From IMG/VR virus record IMGVR_UViG_3300025033_000042, positions 1-36,296 of that record: 36,296 nucleotides of DNA. One strand, given 5' to 3'. Each line of letters opens with the position of its first letter. Positions within the stretch are counted from its first letter, which is position 1. Of this stretch, positions 1 to 9,462 are shown in pieces. This DNA comes from a virus. Lineage: Duplodnaviria; Caudoviricetes. The notes below the pieces were generated by a model. It did no database searches. It was not told the DNA's origin and was given only the letters and a program-made list of their open reading frames with translations. The translations under genes and the position numbers were made by a program.

Positions 1-11
1 GTAGTCTTCCC

Positions 12-530
12 TCACCGGATCACCCTCGTTCCGCCGGTGCCGGGCGCAAGTAGCGAAACCATATAAGCATCCGCTACAGGGTATGAGCGAAACGAGTTAA
101 TTCGTCCGCTGCCCATGACCTTGAATTCTTTCTCGATCGGGCCGATAACCTTCTTGGTGACCACAGTAGCGACGCCGTTAGCGTCCACCGTCGGGTCGGG
201 CAGTAGCGGTCCGTCATTAGCGCGCAGCGCATATTCGGCGGTCGCTTTCTGCAACGCAAGAGGGACGACCGTATGGAGATGCGGGTCCGCATAGTAGCGG
301 GGCCAGGAAAGCGCCTGGCTGATCAGAACCATGTCGCCCATGAACCGACGGGCATACACAAGTTCGATATAATCGGTAGCGCGGATCAGGAGTTTCTCCT
401 TGTCCGCAGGGCCAGCGATCGCAGCCCAAACCTCGTTGCCGCGTTCCTCGAAATAAGCATCTGCAAATTCGACGGAAGCGTAGCTGTTGGCGCCTGCGAC
501 CCCTGTCCCGTCTTCAACTACGAAAGCCAT
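12..530 (-). CDS. Head completion / head-tail adaptor protein (DnaT-like family)
   Basis: N-terminal VEDGTG..ANSYASV..ADAYF, internal QALSWPR and LQKATAEYAL are typical of phage head-tail adaptors; lies downstream of the capsid gene. Confidence 0.75.
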   Translation of the reverse strand: MAFVVEDGTGVAGANSYASVEFADAYFEERGNEVWAAIAGPADKEKLLIRATDYIELVYARRFMGDMVLISQALSWPRYYADPHLHTVVPLALQKATAEYALRANDGPLLPDPTVDANGVATVVTKKVIGPIEKEFKVMGSGRINSFRSYPVADAYMVSLLAPGTGGTRVIR

Positions 531-533
531 GCC

Positions 534-668
534 CTATACCTCGGGTTCGGGCTCTGACTCTTCTTGCTGCTGGGCAGCTTGACGAGCTCGGCGCCGCTTC
601 CTCGCATAGTAGAGAGCGGTCTGCATCCCTTGAGTGAATGCTTTCGGGCGTGCAGACCGCTCTGCCAC
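534..668 (-). CDS. Small hypothetical protein, 44 aa (MAERSARPKAFTQGMQTALYYARKRRRARQAAQQQEESEPEPEV)
   Basis: Hand-translated from GTG 668 to TAG 534; fills the gap between the 672 and 530 genes; not in the ORF track. Confidence 0.5.
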   Translation of the reverse strand: MAERSARPKAFTQGMQTALYYARKRRRARQAAQQQEESEPEPEV

Positions 669-671
669 TGT

Positions 672-2015
672 TTAGACTCGCGACGGACGCTGACCGCCCC
701 GACCAGTCTTGCGAGACATGGCCTGGTCGATCGGCGACTTCTGCACGCCCTTGAGAACGTCGGCGAGGTTGACACCAGCATCCTTGAGAGCCTGCTGGCG
801 CTGACCGCGTTCGTCGAGCTGCTTCTTGCGCGACTCGAGGTAGTTCTTCACCGTTCGAGTGCTGCCGTCCGTGGGCCGCAGCTGAGCGATCTTGGTGCGG
901 ATAACATCCGCATCCTGCTCAGCCTCGCGCCACTCCTTGTTGGCCTCGTCGGCCTTCATGCGGAGCTGTACGATGTTCTTTTCCCGCGAACGAAGTTCCT
1001 CTTCCAGCGACGCGACCTCATCGGCACGATCGTTGGCGCTTGCCACTTCGGACTGTTCGGCTTCGCCATTTCCGGCAGGGCCACCCGCTCCGCTCTCGGA
1101 AGTGTCATCGTCTTCCGTGGCCCCCGCTTCGCGAGAGGAAGCGATCTCCGAACCGGACTGCGACCGCGGAGCGTGCGCAGGGTTGAAGGGGGCAGCGTGG
1201 AGGTTGAAGTCGCCCTCCGACACGGTCGTCGGAATGCCCGACGGCTTGTCGTTGACGTCGACGTTGTCCCCATCGTTGCCGGGCGTAACCACCTCGGCAC
1301 GGTCGATCGGATCGTAGGTAACAGGCGGGATGCGAACACCCGACACGTCACCTTCCGCATTCAGACCCGGCAGGTCGTCAGTGACGGAGGGATCGATCTT
1401 CTGCGCACGGCCGTTGGCATCAGCACGCGGATCGTTGACAGTCTTCTGGCCCTCGGGGCTATCGACCGGAACAGGACGGTCGGTCCCGCTCTTGACGACA
1501 TTCTCCCAAGGCTTTGAAGCCTGTTCGACCGCCGCAACGTCCTCGCCCTGCGTTGCATCCACAGCACGCGGGTTCTCCGCGGTGGACGCAGCCTGGCGCC
1601 CGTCATCGATGCGCTCGCTACCCTGCGAGATATCGGTGTCGGGGAGACGGGCGTCCTGATTGACAGTGCGTCCATCTTCGTCGGTCGTGGTGCCGGTTGG
1701 CGCGTCGGCGCTGGGCTCTTCCGAGCCGTCCGCCTTCGTGCTTGTGCCGGGAACGTCCAGCTTGCCTTCCGCATCGGTGCCGGCCTTGACGTCCTTCTTG
1801 GACCCGTCGGCCTGCTTGCTACCAGTGGTCATAAAGAACCCCGGCGCGGTATCGCGGGTGAAGCCTTCGGCAGCACCATCGATATCGTCACGCGATACGG
1901 ATTCACCGTGTAGTTCGGAAACCGCAGCGACCGCAGGCTTCTTGTCGGAAGTCCAGTGGTCGTCGTTCTTCGGATCGAGCTTCTTGAGCGCGTCCGTGAT
2001 ATTCTTCTCAGCCAT
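672..2015 (-). CDS. Hypothetical head-module protein, acidic and largely disordered, C-terminal coiled coil
   Basis: 447-aa ORF with AGGAG RBS directly after the capsid gene. Confidence 0.8.
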   Translation of the reverse strand: MAEKNITDALKKLDPKNDDHWTSDKKPAVAAVSELHGESVSRDDIDGAAEGFTRDTAPGFFMTTGSKQADGSKKDVKAGTDAEGKLDVPGTSTKADGSEEPSADAPTGTTTDEDGRTVNQDARLPDTDISQGSERIDDGRQAASTAENPRAVDATQGEDVAAVEQASKPWENVVKSGTDRPVPVDSPEGQKTVNDPRADANGRAQKIDPSVTDDLPGLNAEGDVSGVRIPPVTYDPIDRAEVVTPGNDGDNVDVNDKPSGIPTTVSEGDFNLHAAPFNPAHAPRSQSGSEIASSREAGATEDDDTSESGAGGPAGNGEAEQSEVASANDRADEVASLEEELRSREKNIVQLRMKADEANKEWREAEQDADVIRTKIAQLRPTDGSTRTVKNYLESRKKQLDERGQRQQALKDAGVNLADVLKGVQKSPIDQAMSRKTGRGGQRPSRV

Positions 2016-2047
2016 CGAATTCTACTCCTGTTGGCGATCAAGCGGTT

Positions 2048-2071
2048 GAGGGACGCCCGAAAGCGCCCCTC
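2048..2071 (-). terminator. GC-rich hairpin after the capsid gene (terminator or stability element)
   Basis: GAGGGGCGC-TTTCGG-GCGTCCCTC on minus; no clear U-tract. Confidence 0.45.
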
Positions 2072-2078
2072 TCCCTGC

Positions 2079-3125
2079 TTAGAACTCGCGGGTGACCAGG
2101 CGGGCGATCCGGATGGCCTTGCGATCGGTCCAGACGCGCGACCAGGAGTCGGCGTGGGCCAGGTTGTTCGCCGTGGTGGCGTTGCTCGGACCACCCTTCG
2201 GGGGCGTTCCAGCGTAGGCGTAGCCGGCGGGGGCAATGACCCATTCGACGCGGTTGTGCAGCACGTCCTGGCCGCCACCGTTACCAGCCGCAGGCTTGCG
2301 ATCGGTTTCGGTCGGGACCTTGGGCGAACCAGCACCCCACCGAACGGCGCCACGACCGAACAGCCAAGTGTCGAACACGCCTCCGGTATGCGGAAGACCG
2401 TCGTCCACGACCACGGTGCGGCCGAGGAAGGTCGGAATGCCGGCAGCGGCCGGGTTGATCGCATCCGGAATGAAGTCGATCAGGTTGTTCTTCAGCGCGC
2501 GGCTGTAGACGACCGAGTGCATCAGAACGAGCGTGAGCTCTTCCATGCTGTCGCCCATGGTCGTGGTCGCGTCGATAAACGCTTCCGCGCTGAAGTTGGT
2601 CGTGCCGTCCGCGAACACGCCGCCGTTGAGAACCGACAGATCGTGCGTCATGTCGTCTTCGACGTGCGTATCGTTACCCGCCGGAGCCGCAGCGTTGTCA
2701 GCGAAGACGCCGTTCATCGTGGCGACGAACGCAGCCTGCTGGCGACGGACCCAATAGTCGGAAACGCGATTGGCGATTGCATCCATGGGATCGACGCCGA
2801 TCAGGTCGGCGGTGAGGTCCATGGAGCTCCAGGAGTTGTTGCGCGACAGGCGAACCTGGATTTCGGTCGCTGCACCGATCTTGTTCGGAGTCGAGCTGAC
2901 GTCGGGATCGTCCGTGGAGACGTTCTCGGCATCGTCATCGAGATCCTTGAAGGACGGTTCGTTGAAGGTAAGGCCGCCGCCGTCGAGGTTGTTCGACAGC
3001 GTTTCATCGGCGACCATTGCACCCGAACGGAGCAAACGCGACTTGGTCTGCGTCAGCTGCTGAGTGTAAGGCGAAAAGACCGACGGTTCGATGACGTCGG
3101 AAAGACGAGTAACTCCGGAAGCCAT
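2079..3125 (-). CDS. Major capsid protein
   Basis: 348 aa; TRLSDVIEPSVF, DPMDAIANRVSDYW and MHSVVY resemble siphophage coat proteins; AGGAGG RBS; follows scaffold. Confidence 0.9.
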   Translation of the reverse strand: MASGVTRLSDVIEPSVFSPYTQQLTQTKSRLLRSGAMVADETLSNNLDGGGLTFNEPSFKDLDDDAENVSTDDPDVSSTPNKIGAATEIQVRLSRNNSWSSMDLTADLIGVDPMDAIANRVSDYWVRRQQAAFVATMNGVFADNAAAPAGNDTHVEDDMTHDLSVLNGGVFADGTTNFSAEAFIDATTTMGDSMEELTLVLMHSVVYSRALKNNLIDFIPDAINPAAAGIPTFLGRTVVVDDGLPHTGGVFDTWLFGRGAVRWGAGSPKVPTETDRKPAAGNGGGQDVLHNRVEWVIAPAGYAYAGTPPKGGPSNATTANNLAHADSWSRVWTDRKAIRIARLVTREF

Positions 3126-3250
3126 GGGGTAGGTCCCCTCCTGCTAAGTTGGTGGAAAGCGACCCCGTCCCATGGACCCGAGTCTGAAAGCTGGCCCATG
3201 GCCCCGCTCGGGTAGGAGCGTTACCATGAGGCCAGCAACAGTGTCAACGA

Positions 3251-4063
3251 TTATTTTTTCGGCTGAGGCTTTTGACCGCCAACGGTCGTTCCGGCCGCTT
3301 TTGCGAGGGTTTCTGCCCGCTGAGGATTCTCGCGGTTGATCTTGCCCTGTTCGGTGAGGTTCCAGTTTTCTGCCGTCCACGGATTCTTGCCCGAACCGCC
3401 AGCGCCGCGCTGTCCACCAGCACCGCCGCCGCTTGATTCACCCCACCAGTGAGGCCGCTTCGTCTGGAGGTCTGCCAACCAGTCCTTCGGCTGCAAGCCT
3501 TCGCTGAACGACGTTCCCTGCTTGACCACAGCAACGCCGTCCTCGGTGAGTTCGAAAGTGCGGTCCGCAAGGAGCAGCGCGTCTTCGACCGCTTCATCGA
3601 GCAAGCCAGCGCTCTTGGCAGCTTCGCGGACCTGCCGGTGGATTTTGCGGACGTTCTCTTTCGTCTCAAATTCCTGGATCCTCTGTTCCGCTTGGCCGAC
3701 CTGTTGCTTGAGCGTATCGCGTTCGCGTTCGACTGGCGCCACGAGTTGCTTGGCCCGTGCTTCCGCAAGCTGCTTGATCTTGTCCTCGTCAAGCTTGCCT
3801 TCCGCGGCAGCTTCGAGCTCGGGGATGCGGTCGAGCAGGGTGACAACGTCCTCAACCTTGCGGTCGCCGAGCATCGCCAGCTTGGCTTTGAAGCCTTGGG
3901 CCTCTTGCCGTGCAGCGTTCAGCGACTGCTGAACCTTGGCGACGTCATCCGCCGTCTTCATGCCCTCGACCTGGATGTGGAACTTCCCATCCTTTTCGAC
4001 GTATTCCTTCGCTACGTCATCCGGCAGCCCCTCCAGGCTGTCGAGCACCATCTTGAACGCCAT
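3251..4063 (-). CDS. Head scaffolding protein
   Basis: Coiled-coil; LEGLPDDVAKEYVEKDGKF start and Gly-rich linker plus KNPW..ENWNLTEQ end; between portal and capsid. Confidence 0.85.
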   Translation of the reverse strand: MAFKMVLDSLEGLPDDVAKEYVEKDGKFHIQVEGMKTADDVAKVQQSLNAARQEAQGFKAKLAMLGDRKVEDVVTLLDRIPELEAAAEGKLDEDKIKQLAEARAKQLVAPVERERDTLKQQVGQAEQRIQEFETKENVRKIHRQVREAAKSAGLLDEAVEDALLLADRTFELTEDGVAVVKQGTSFSEGLQPKDWLADLQTKRPHWWGESSGGGAGGQRGAGGSGKNPWTAENWNLTEQGKINRENPQRAETLAKAAGTTVGGQKPQPKK

Positions 4064-4105
4064 TGTTACTTCTCCTATGGTATGCCCCCTCGGGCGTTGG
4101 TGAAC

Positions 4106-5689
4106 TTATTCGGTGTCAGCAGGGTTGCTAGGGTCTTTCGGAGCAGGGCCGGGGTTAAGCGGTCCTGGCTGCTTAGCACGCTTCTCTGCCAGCTCCCTCG
4201 CAAGTGCGGCCTCAGGACTTTCGAACGGATCTTCGCCCTTGACCTTTTCCTGCTCTGTCATGAAGTCGAACTGTGTGAGGTTGCCCTGCACCATCAAGCG
4301 GTGGATGCTCTCAAGCGACAGCGGGGCGCCTTGCGTCCGCTTGGCGGTCATAAGGTTGACCAAATCCTGCCCGCTCATCTGGTAGTCAGCAAACTCGAGG
4401 TTCGGCGTGACCTTTACCTTGCTCTCGTCTGCGCCCATCCAGCGAGCAGCCGTTTTCAACTGCATCTCAAGCGCCAGCGCACCTGTCTTCGCAATCTGGT
4501 TCAGGGTCGCCGTCTGCGCGCCAACGCGCGTCTTGAGTGCGGTGCCACTCTCTTTGTCGCCCTTGGCAGCATCGATAAGTTGGCCTGACCGAGACTCTGC
4601 TCTCTTTCGATCATTCTCTAGGGCGTAGCGCTGCTCGGTCAGGCCTTGGCTTTGGACACCGACGTATTTCGCGTCGCCGCCGGTCTCAAGTTCGATACGA
4701 CTACCGGCGCCAGTGCGCAGTGGCTCTTCGGCAGTCGGTTGCGTCGGATCCTGGATCGGCTTTGCCCGTTCGCCGATAACGACCAGCGTGTCCTGGCCCT
4801 GCATGAACAGGTTCTGACGGTAGTCGGCTTCGCCACGATATATGGCAGCGCACAAGCGCGCAAGGCCAATCAACGGCGGTTCATCGCAGTCAGGGGTGAT
4901 ATCCCGCGAGTTGACAAACAAGAACGGAATGCTCTCCAACGTCTTACCGCGGAGCGTAGGCGTGCGCAACTGAGTAGGATCGTAGTTCGGAGTCCCGCCT
5001 TGGTCTTCATACACGCCACAGCGATAAACGCGCCCGTTCTCGGTGTCAAGGATAAGCACACGATACTTCGAAACAGTCACCCATTCGAATTCTTCGTTAC
5101 GCTTCGCTCCCGACTCGTCGAGGACCACAAGGTTGAGCTCGGCACGCTCATCGCCGATCGTATCGTTGTCCCAGTTGCGCCCAGCTTCGGCAATATAGAC
5201 TGCAATGAACGGAAGCGGGTTACGGGGATCGGGTTTGACCGGCAGATCGACTAGCAGCCCGAGCCTACCTGTGGTCAGCTGCTCCAAGTTGATTCGCTGA
5301 AGAAGTAGTTCGAGCGGCTCACCGAGTTCGGTTGCCTTCTCGCGCAACGGTTCCAGCTCCGGCGGCAGTTCGATCACTGCCGATTTGTTGTGCAGCATCC
5401 CCATGAAGATTTCAAGGGCATCGCTGATGTATTCAGGGAACACGGCTCGCAGCAGATAAGCCTGATATGCAGCCTCGCCGAGATTGGTTCGGTTCGAAGT
5501 CCCCGCGCCGTTACCAGCCGCCGGGTCGTAACTGCGCCCGCCAAACCCATCAAGGATCATCCCCTGCGTGGCAGGAAGATAGTCAGTTCGCTTGGCCTTG
5601 ACTGCACGCTCGCCCTTCGCGAAATCGCGCAGCATAGCCCAATCAAGGGAATGAACAGCGTATTGCGGATGAACGGAGTCTAACGCCAT
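4106..5689 (-). CDS. Portal protein (DUF4055-type)
   Basis: 527 aa directly after TerL; HPQY, YQAYLLRAVF, IPFLFVN and PPLIGLA..YRGEADY motifs. Confidence 0.88.
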   Translation of the reverse strand: MALDSVHPQYAVHSLDWAMLRDFAKGERAVKAKRTDYLPATQGMILDGFGGRSYDPAAGNGAGTSNRTNLGEAAYQAYLLRAVFPEYISDALEIFMGMLHNKSAVIELPPELEPLREKATELGEPLELLLQRINLEQLTTGRLGLLVDLPVKPDPRNPLPFIAVYIAEAGRNWDNDTIGDERAELNLVVLDESGAKRNEEFEWVTVSKYRVLILDTENGRVYRCGVYEDQGGTPNYDPTQLRTPTLRGKTLESIPFLFVNSRDITPDCDEPPLIGLARLCAAIYRGEADYRQNLFMQGQDTLVVIGERAKPIQDPTQPTAEEPLRTGAGSRIELETGGDAKYVGVQSQGLTEQRYALENDRKRAESRSGQLIDAAKGDKESGTALKTRVGAQTATLNQIAKTGALALEMQLKTAARWMGADESKVKVTPNLEFADYQMSGQDLVNLMTAKRTQGAPLSLESIHRLMVQGNLTQFDFMTEQEKVKGEDPFESPEAALARELAEKRAKQPGPLNPGPAPKDPSNPADTE

Positions 5690-5703
5690 GAACTTATCCT
5701 TGA

Positions 5704-7038
5704 CTAGAAGTTGCCAGTGACCTTACCACTCTTTATAGCGGCTCGTCCAGCGGGCCAATGCACATCGACAAAATAACCTATCGCAGTCGTAATATGCTGA
5801 TATTGATTCCGCTGGTCTTCTTGGAAGGTTGACCCCTCCTGCAATTGAACTGTCGCCAGACCCTTGTGGCTCCAAGGCGCTGTGATAGGGTTGACGAATA
5901 GTGAAGTCTCGCCCGCAGCATTGAGGATCTTGGCACGGACCGCATTCTGCCTATCCTTAATCGAAGGGTGCTGCGGACGCACACGCCTTTCGAACTTCCA
6001 GTTATGCTGCCGAAGCACATCTTCGATTTCATTGTAATCGGACTTATGACCGTGCTTCTCACCCGCACGACCGGCAGGGTCACCGTAGATATAGACGAGC
6101 TTGTTTTTGTGCTCCTTATACTTCTCCACGAATTCTTCAGCGGACTCGCGGCTGACAGCGCTCGTGAGCACAATCTCGTCAACGATATAAGGCTTGCCGT
6201 CCCTGACCACAGCAATGGCACTGCTCAACGGAGTGTAGTTCTGATCGTGCATCCAGAACAGAGCTTCGTGAGGCTTGACAACAGCATCAGTCCAGTTGCG
6301 GCCACCTACCTTTCCGTCGTAGTCTTCATAGATGCGACCAGTAGCGGTTTCGAAGCTCGCACGGTATTCTTGGTCGTATTGCTTTCTGGACATAGTCCTT
6401 TTCGCGGACGCAATAACGTCCTCGGGCAGGATTTCTTCTGAGGTCCAGTGGAAGTAGGCATAGTCGGGGTCTCCGCTAGTGCGAGCATACTCAGCCATGT
6501 CGTAATAGTGATTTAGACCATCGGGCACGCCAATGAACCAGCACCAGGCGCGATAATCGGGTCGCGTTGGATTGACTGTATTAAGCGCGGGCATGATATT
6601 TGCCTCTAGCGCTTCGGCCTTGATATCTGCAATTTCGTCAATGCCCCCGCCGGTCCATTCGATACCCTCAATCCGCTGAGGTTGGTCCAGCCCAAGGATA
6701 TGGATCTCGGTGCCGTTGGGCATAAAGATCTTCAAGTCCGATTCGCTAGGCTTGCGCGAGTGCAGCACGCTCAGGGTCAACATCTTCATGTCGTCCCAAA
6801 AGATCTTCTTCGCTTGATTGTAGGTCGGTGCGCCTAGGAAGTAACGCTCGTTCGGGTTCTTCATCGCCTGCTTAGCAACGAAGCGCTTCAACCGCTCAGT
6901 CTTACCCGAACGGCGCCCAGCTGGCACAATGGGAAAGCGGACGCCGTTCGGGACTGCATCAAGGAGCCTGAGCTGCTCAGGATGGTCAATTAGCTTATAC
7001 CATCGAGCCTGCTGCCGCTTAAGAAGGAGCTCGCTCAT
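5704..7038 (-). CDS. terL: Terminase large subunit
   Basis: Walker A AGRRSGKT, APTYNQAK, Walker B GGIDE, QEYRASF, nuclease-domain IYGDPAG. Confidence 0.95.
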   Translation of the reverse strand: MSELLLKRQQARWYKLIDHPEQLRLLDAVPNGVRFPIVPAGRRSGKTERLKRFVAKQAMKNPNERYFLGAPTYNQAKKIFWDDMKMLTLSVLHSRKPSESDLKIFMPNGTEIHILGLDQPQRIEGIEWTGGGIDEIADIKAEALEANIMPALNTVNPTRPDYRAWCWFIGVPDGLNHYYDMAEYARTSGDPDYAYFHWTSEEILPEDVIASAKRTMSRKQYDQEYRASFETATGRIYEDYDGKVGGRNWTDAVVKPHEALFWMHDQNYTPLSSAIAVVRDGKPYIVDEIVLTSAVSRESAEEFVEKYKEHKNKLVYIYGDPAGRAGEKHGHKSDYNEIEDVLRQHNWKFERRVRPQHPSIKDRQNAVRAKILNAAGETSLFVNPITAPWSHKGLATVQLQEGSTFQEDQRNQYQHITTAIGYFVDVHWPAGRAAIKSGKVTGNF

Positions 7039-7466
7039 GCAGGGGCATTGTTAGCGAAGGTCTCCAAAGCCTCGATGAGCTTGGCAGTTTGGATCTCGTC
7101 CTTGCTGCCTTCCTTCTCGATGTAGCCTTGTGCCTCCATATACTTGGTCGTCGCTGACGCTCGCACTGCGGGCGAACCGTTAAGCGCTAGCCAGCGCAGG
7201 TTCTCCAGCATCGCCCGCTTGTCTTCTTCGGGGTCCGGAATCGCAGAGCGAGTCATGTGATCGATCTTGCGCAGAACGTAGCCGTCGCTCATGAAGATCT
7301 TGGCCTGGTCGATCGCAAACGCCGCAAGGAAGCCCATCCGGATGCACGCACGGTAGGCGTCAAAATCCTTCACGTATTCGTTCACAAAGAAGTCGCGCAC
7401 AGCGATCTCACGCTCGGTGAGCGGCTGCTCGGTGCGCTGAGGATCGAGACTAGGATCGAGTGCCAT
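7035..7466 (-). CDS. terS: Terminase small subunit
   Basis: ATGA overlap with TerL; FVNEYVKDFDAYRACIRMGF HTH-like motif. Confidence 0.8.
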   Translation of the reverse strand: MALDPSLDPQRTEQPLTEREIAVRDFFVNEYVKDFDAYRACIRMGFLAAFAIDQAKIFMSDGYVLRKIDHMTRSAIPDPEEDKRAMLENLRWLALNGSPAVRASATTKYMEAQGYIEKEGSKDEIQTAKLIEALETFANNAPA

Positions 7467-7508
7467 AATCGGTGGGCCTTCCCCGAAGTGAACTACTGTT
7501 CGACTGTG

Positions 7509-7537
7509 AGCATACAGTTACGAATCGGTCTTTGCAA
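7509..7537 (-). promoter_or_regulatory. Sigma70-like promoter upstream of terS
   Basis: TTGCAA-N17-TATGCT. Confidence 0.6.
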
Positions 7538-7553
7538 GCAGCTTCGTTATCTC

Positions 7554-7862
7554 CTAATTACGATGCGTCATAATGTGGATATCCGTGTTCCTCTGGAGAG
7601 CGGCAGTATTCTCTCTAAGCGCTCGAGTTTTATCTTCAAGCGCTGCTGTGTTTTCTTTTAGCTGCTGGCTTAACATGTGAATACTTGCGTTTTCAATTAA
7701 CGACGCGCCAACGATCGAAGTGATTTCAGATTTGCCTTCTTCTACCTTTTTCTTTCCTTTTTGCGCCCCTTTTAATGTTAGATATAAAGTTCCTGCGAGA
7801 GTAGCAATAGCTGCGGCGACAGTTTGCCAATCCACACTAGCCAGCGGTGATACTACGGACAT
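7554..7862 (-). CDS. Single-TM coiled-coil protein (holin/antiholin-like)
   Basis: ATG 7862 with AGGAG RBS (track start at 8036 is too far upstream); one TM, basic patch, repeated ENTAAL. Confidence 0.7.
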   Translation of the reverse strand: MSVVSPLASVDWQTVAAAIATLAGTLYLTLKGAQKGKKKVEEGKSEITSIVGASLIENASIHMLSQQLKENTAALEDKTRALRENTAALQRNTDIHIMTHRN

Positions 7863-8349
7863 TGGCTCCTGCCCTTTGTGATTGATCAGGAGTTGGGAAA
7901 GGCTGCATCTTTTTGATACGACGCTGAGTCTCAGCTTCGATAAAATCCGTTGCAGAACGATAAGCTGAATACATATCCGCAAGAATATGCCAGCCATAAA
8001 TAATAACGCCAGTGTTCCAATGATTACTGCTGGCAAAAGCAGCAGTAATGCTAAACCACATGAATATGCTAATCATTGTGGTTAACCATCTTACCGCAGG
8101 CGTGCGATACCATAAGCCATTCACGAATAAAGCACAAAGGCGAATAGTTCCTGCCAGTAACGCAACTAATCCCCAAACGTGCTGCGGAGCGAAATCCAAT
8201 AACGCATGAGCAGGAGCAGAGTTAGCAAAAACTCCCGGAACTGCTGTAACGAACAATCCCCAGGAAGCCATGGCTCCTGCGCTCCACCATTCAATTGCTC
8301 TTAGCTGGAAGTGGCGCCTCATCTCCACAATAATCATCTCGTTTTCCAC
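7837..8349 (-). CDS. Multi-pass membrane protein in lysis cassette (holin candidate)
   Basis: About four hydrophobic segments; start GTG 8349 or ATG 8337. Confidence 0.7.
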   Translation of the reverse strand: MENEMIIVEMRRHFQLRAIEWWSAGAMASWGLFVTAVPGVFANSAPAHALLDFAPQHVWGLVALLAGTIRLCALFVNGLWYRTPAVRWLTTMISIFMWFSITAAFASSNHWNTGVIIYGWHILADMYSAYRSATDFIEAETQRRIKKMQPFPTPDQSQRAGANVRSITAG

Positions 8350-8367
8350 TCTTTTTGCCTCGTTTGT

Positions 8368-8712
8368 CTACTGAGATTTTGCAAGCTCAGCTTCGTAAGT
8401 CCGGCGCCACTGCATATTCGTTTGGCAAGTAAATAGCTTGCCTTCGATACGCATAATATAAGCGGCAATGACACCTTCGCGATTGCGAACTGAGGCGATA
8501 TATTTTGTATGCTCATCCCGGGCTTGATTGACAGTGACCACACTAGCCCAGTCGATAACATGCTCGGCCGGGACGGCAGGACGTTCACCTGCCGCTTCGC
8601 ATACCAGCCGCTCCGGTGGAGTCGGCAGATGTTCCACAACCTTGTCGGGCCCGCAGCTACTCAGTAGCGAACAGGACATCGAAAGGGCTGCTACCAGTAG
8701 CAATCGCTTCAT
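8368..8712 (-). CDS. Outer-membrane spanin (Rz1-like lipoprotein)
   Basis: Signal peptide with LLSS-C lipobox, Pro-rich segment, overlaps upstream i-spanin. Confidence 0.75.
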   Translation of the reverse strand: MKRLLLVAALSMSCSLLSSCGPDKVVEHLPTPPERLVCEAAGERPAVPAEHVIDWASVVTVNQARDEHTKYIASVRNREGVIAAYIMRIEGKLFTCQTNMQWRRTYEAELAKSQ

Positions 8713-8995
8713 CTACTTTCTCCTTTTCAGCTTCAACTTCTGCAAAATGGTCTAGCTGCTGAGCCAGTGCTTCGGTGTCAGCTACACCTCCGGCCGCAGC
8801 TGATTCAGCAAGCAACTTTTCGTGAGCGATCTTCCACGCCATGTTCGTTTCGATTTTACCGGCGTCATAACGGCTGTCACCATAAGCGTCGAGCATAAAA
8901 TAAAACGCGAGTAGAATTATTACCGGAATTCCGATATAGGCAAACAGCTTGGCGACCTTTTCGGTCAAACCAAACCCTGTCAGAAAAGAAATCAT
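8657..8995 (-). CDS. Inner-membrane spanin (Rz-like)
   Basis: N-terminal TM then helical domain; overlaps the lipoprotein gene. Confidence 0.7.
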   Translation of the reverse strand: MISFLTGFGLTEKVAKLFAYIGIPVIILLAFYFMLDAYGDSRYDAGKIETNMAWKIAHEKLLAESAAAGGVADTEALAQQLDHFAEVEAEKEKVDEAIATGSSPFDVLFATE

Positions 8996-9462
8996 CCTGC
9001 GTCCTCCAATGTTGGTTCTTCGCTCGTTCCGCGTCTACGGCGTCGGCGTGTTCGTGTTTGATTAGGCGTCGGTGGTTCAACTGGCAGAGGGTTGTCGGGA
9101 ATGTCTTCGCCAGAACCAAACGACACTTCTTTGTCCCCAACCTTGGCGCGGAAGTAATCAGCTCCGAATACAATCAGTCCCATGATAACAGCGAACCATG
9201 CAATCAGACCCGAGTTGAACCGCATTTGCTCTTGGATCAGATCAAAGTAGGCGCGGAAGGTGTCCCCCTTCTCCACAGCGCTCTTGGCCACATACGTCAA
9301 TGCGACATTCTGGAAAGACAGGGTAATCATCCCGCCAAGCATCGCAAGTGAGAACAGCGCCTTGATCTGTCGCGACGACAGATTCACCAGCAGGCGAAAC
9401 GCATTTGTGATTGCGCGGAATGGCGTCCCTAGCCACGTGAAGAAGGCGCTGACCTTGCTCAT
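8992..9462 (-). CDS. Membrane protein (holin candidate)
   Basis: Two TM segments and charged C-terminus; ATGA-coupled to the endolysin. Confidence 0.65.
   Translation of the reverse strand: MSKVSAFFTWLGTPFRAITNAFRLLVNLSSRQIKALFSLAMLGGMITLSFQNVALTYVAKSAVEKGDTFRAYFDLIQEQMRFNSGLIAWFAVIMGLIVFGADYFRAKVGDKEVSFGSGEDIPDNPLPVEPPTPNQTRTRRRRRRGTSEEPTLEDAG

Noticed and set aside
564-5254. Long plus-strand ORFs opposite the head genes
   Set aside because: Antisense shadows with no motifs
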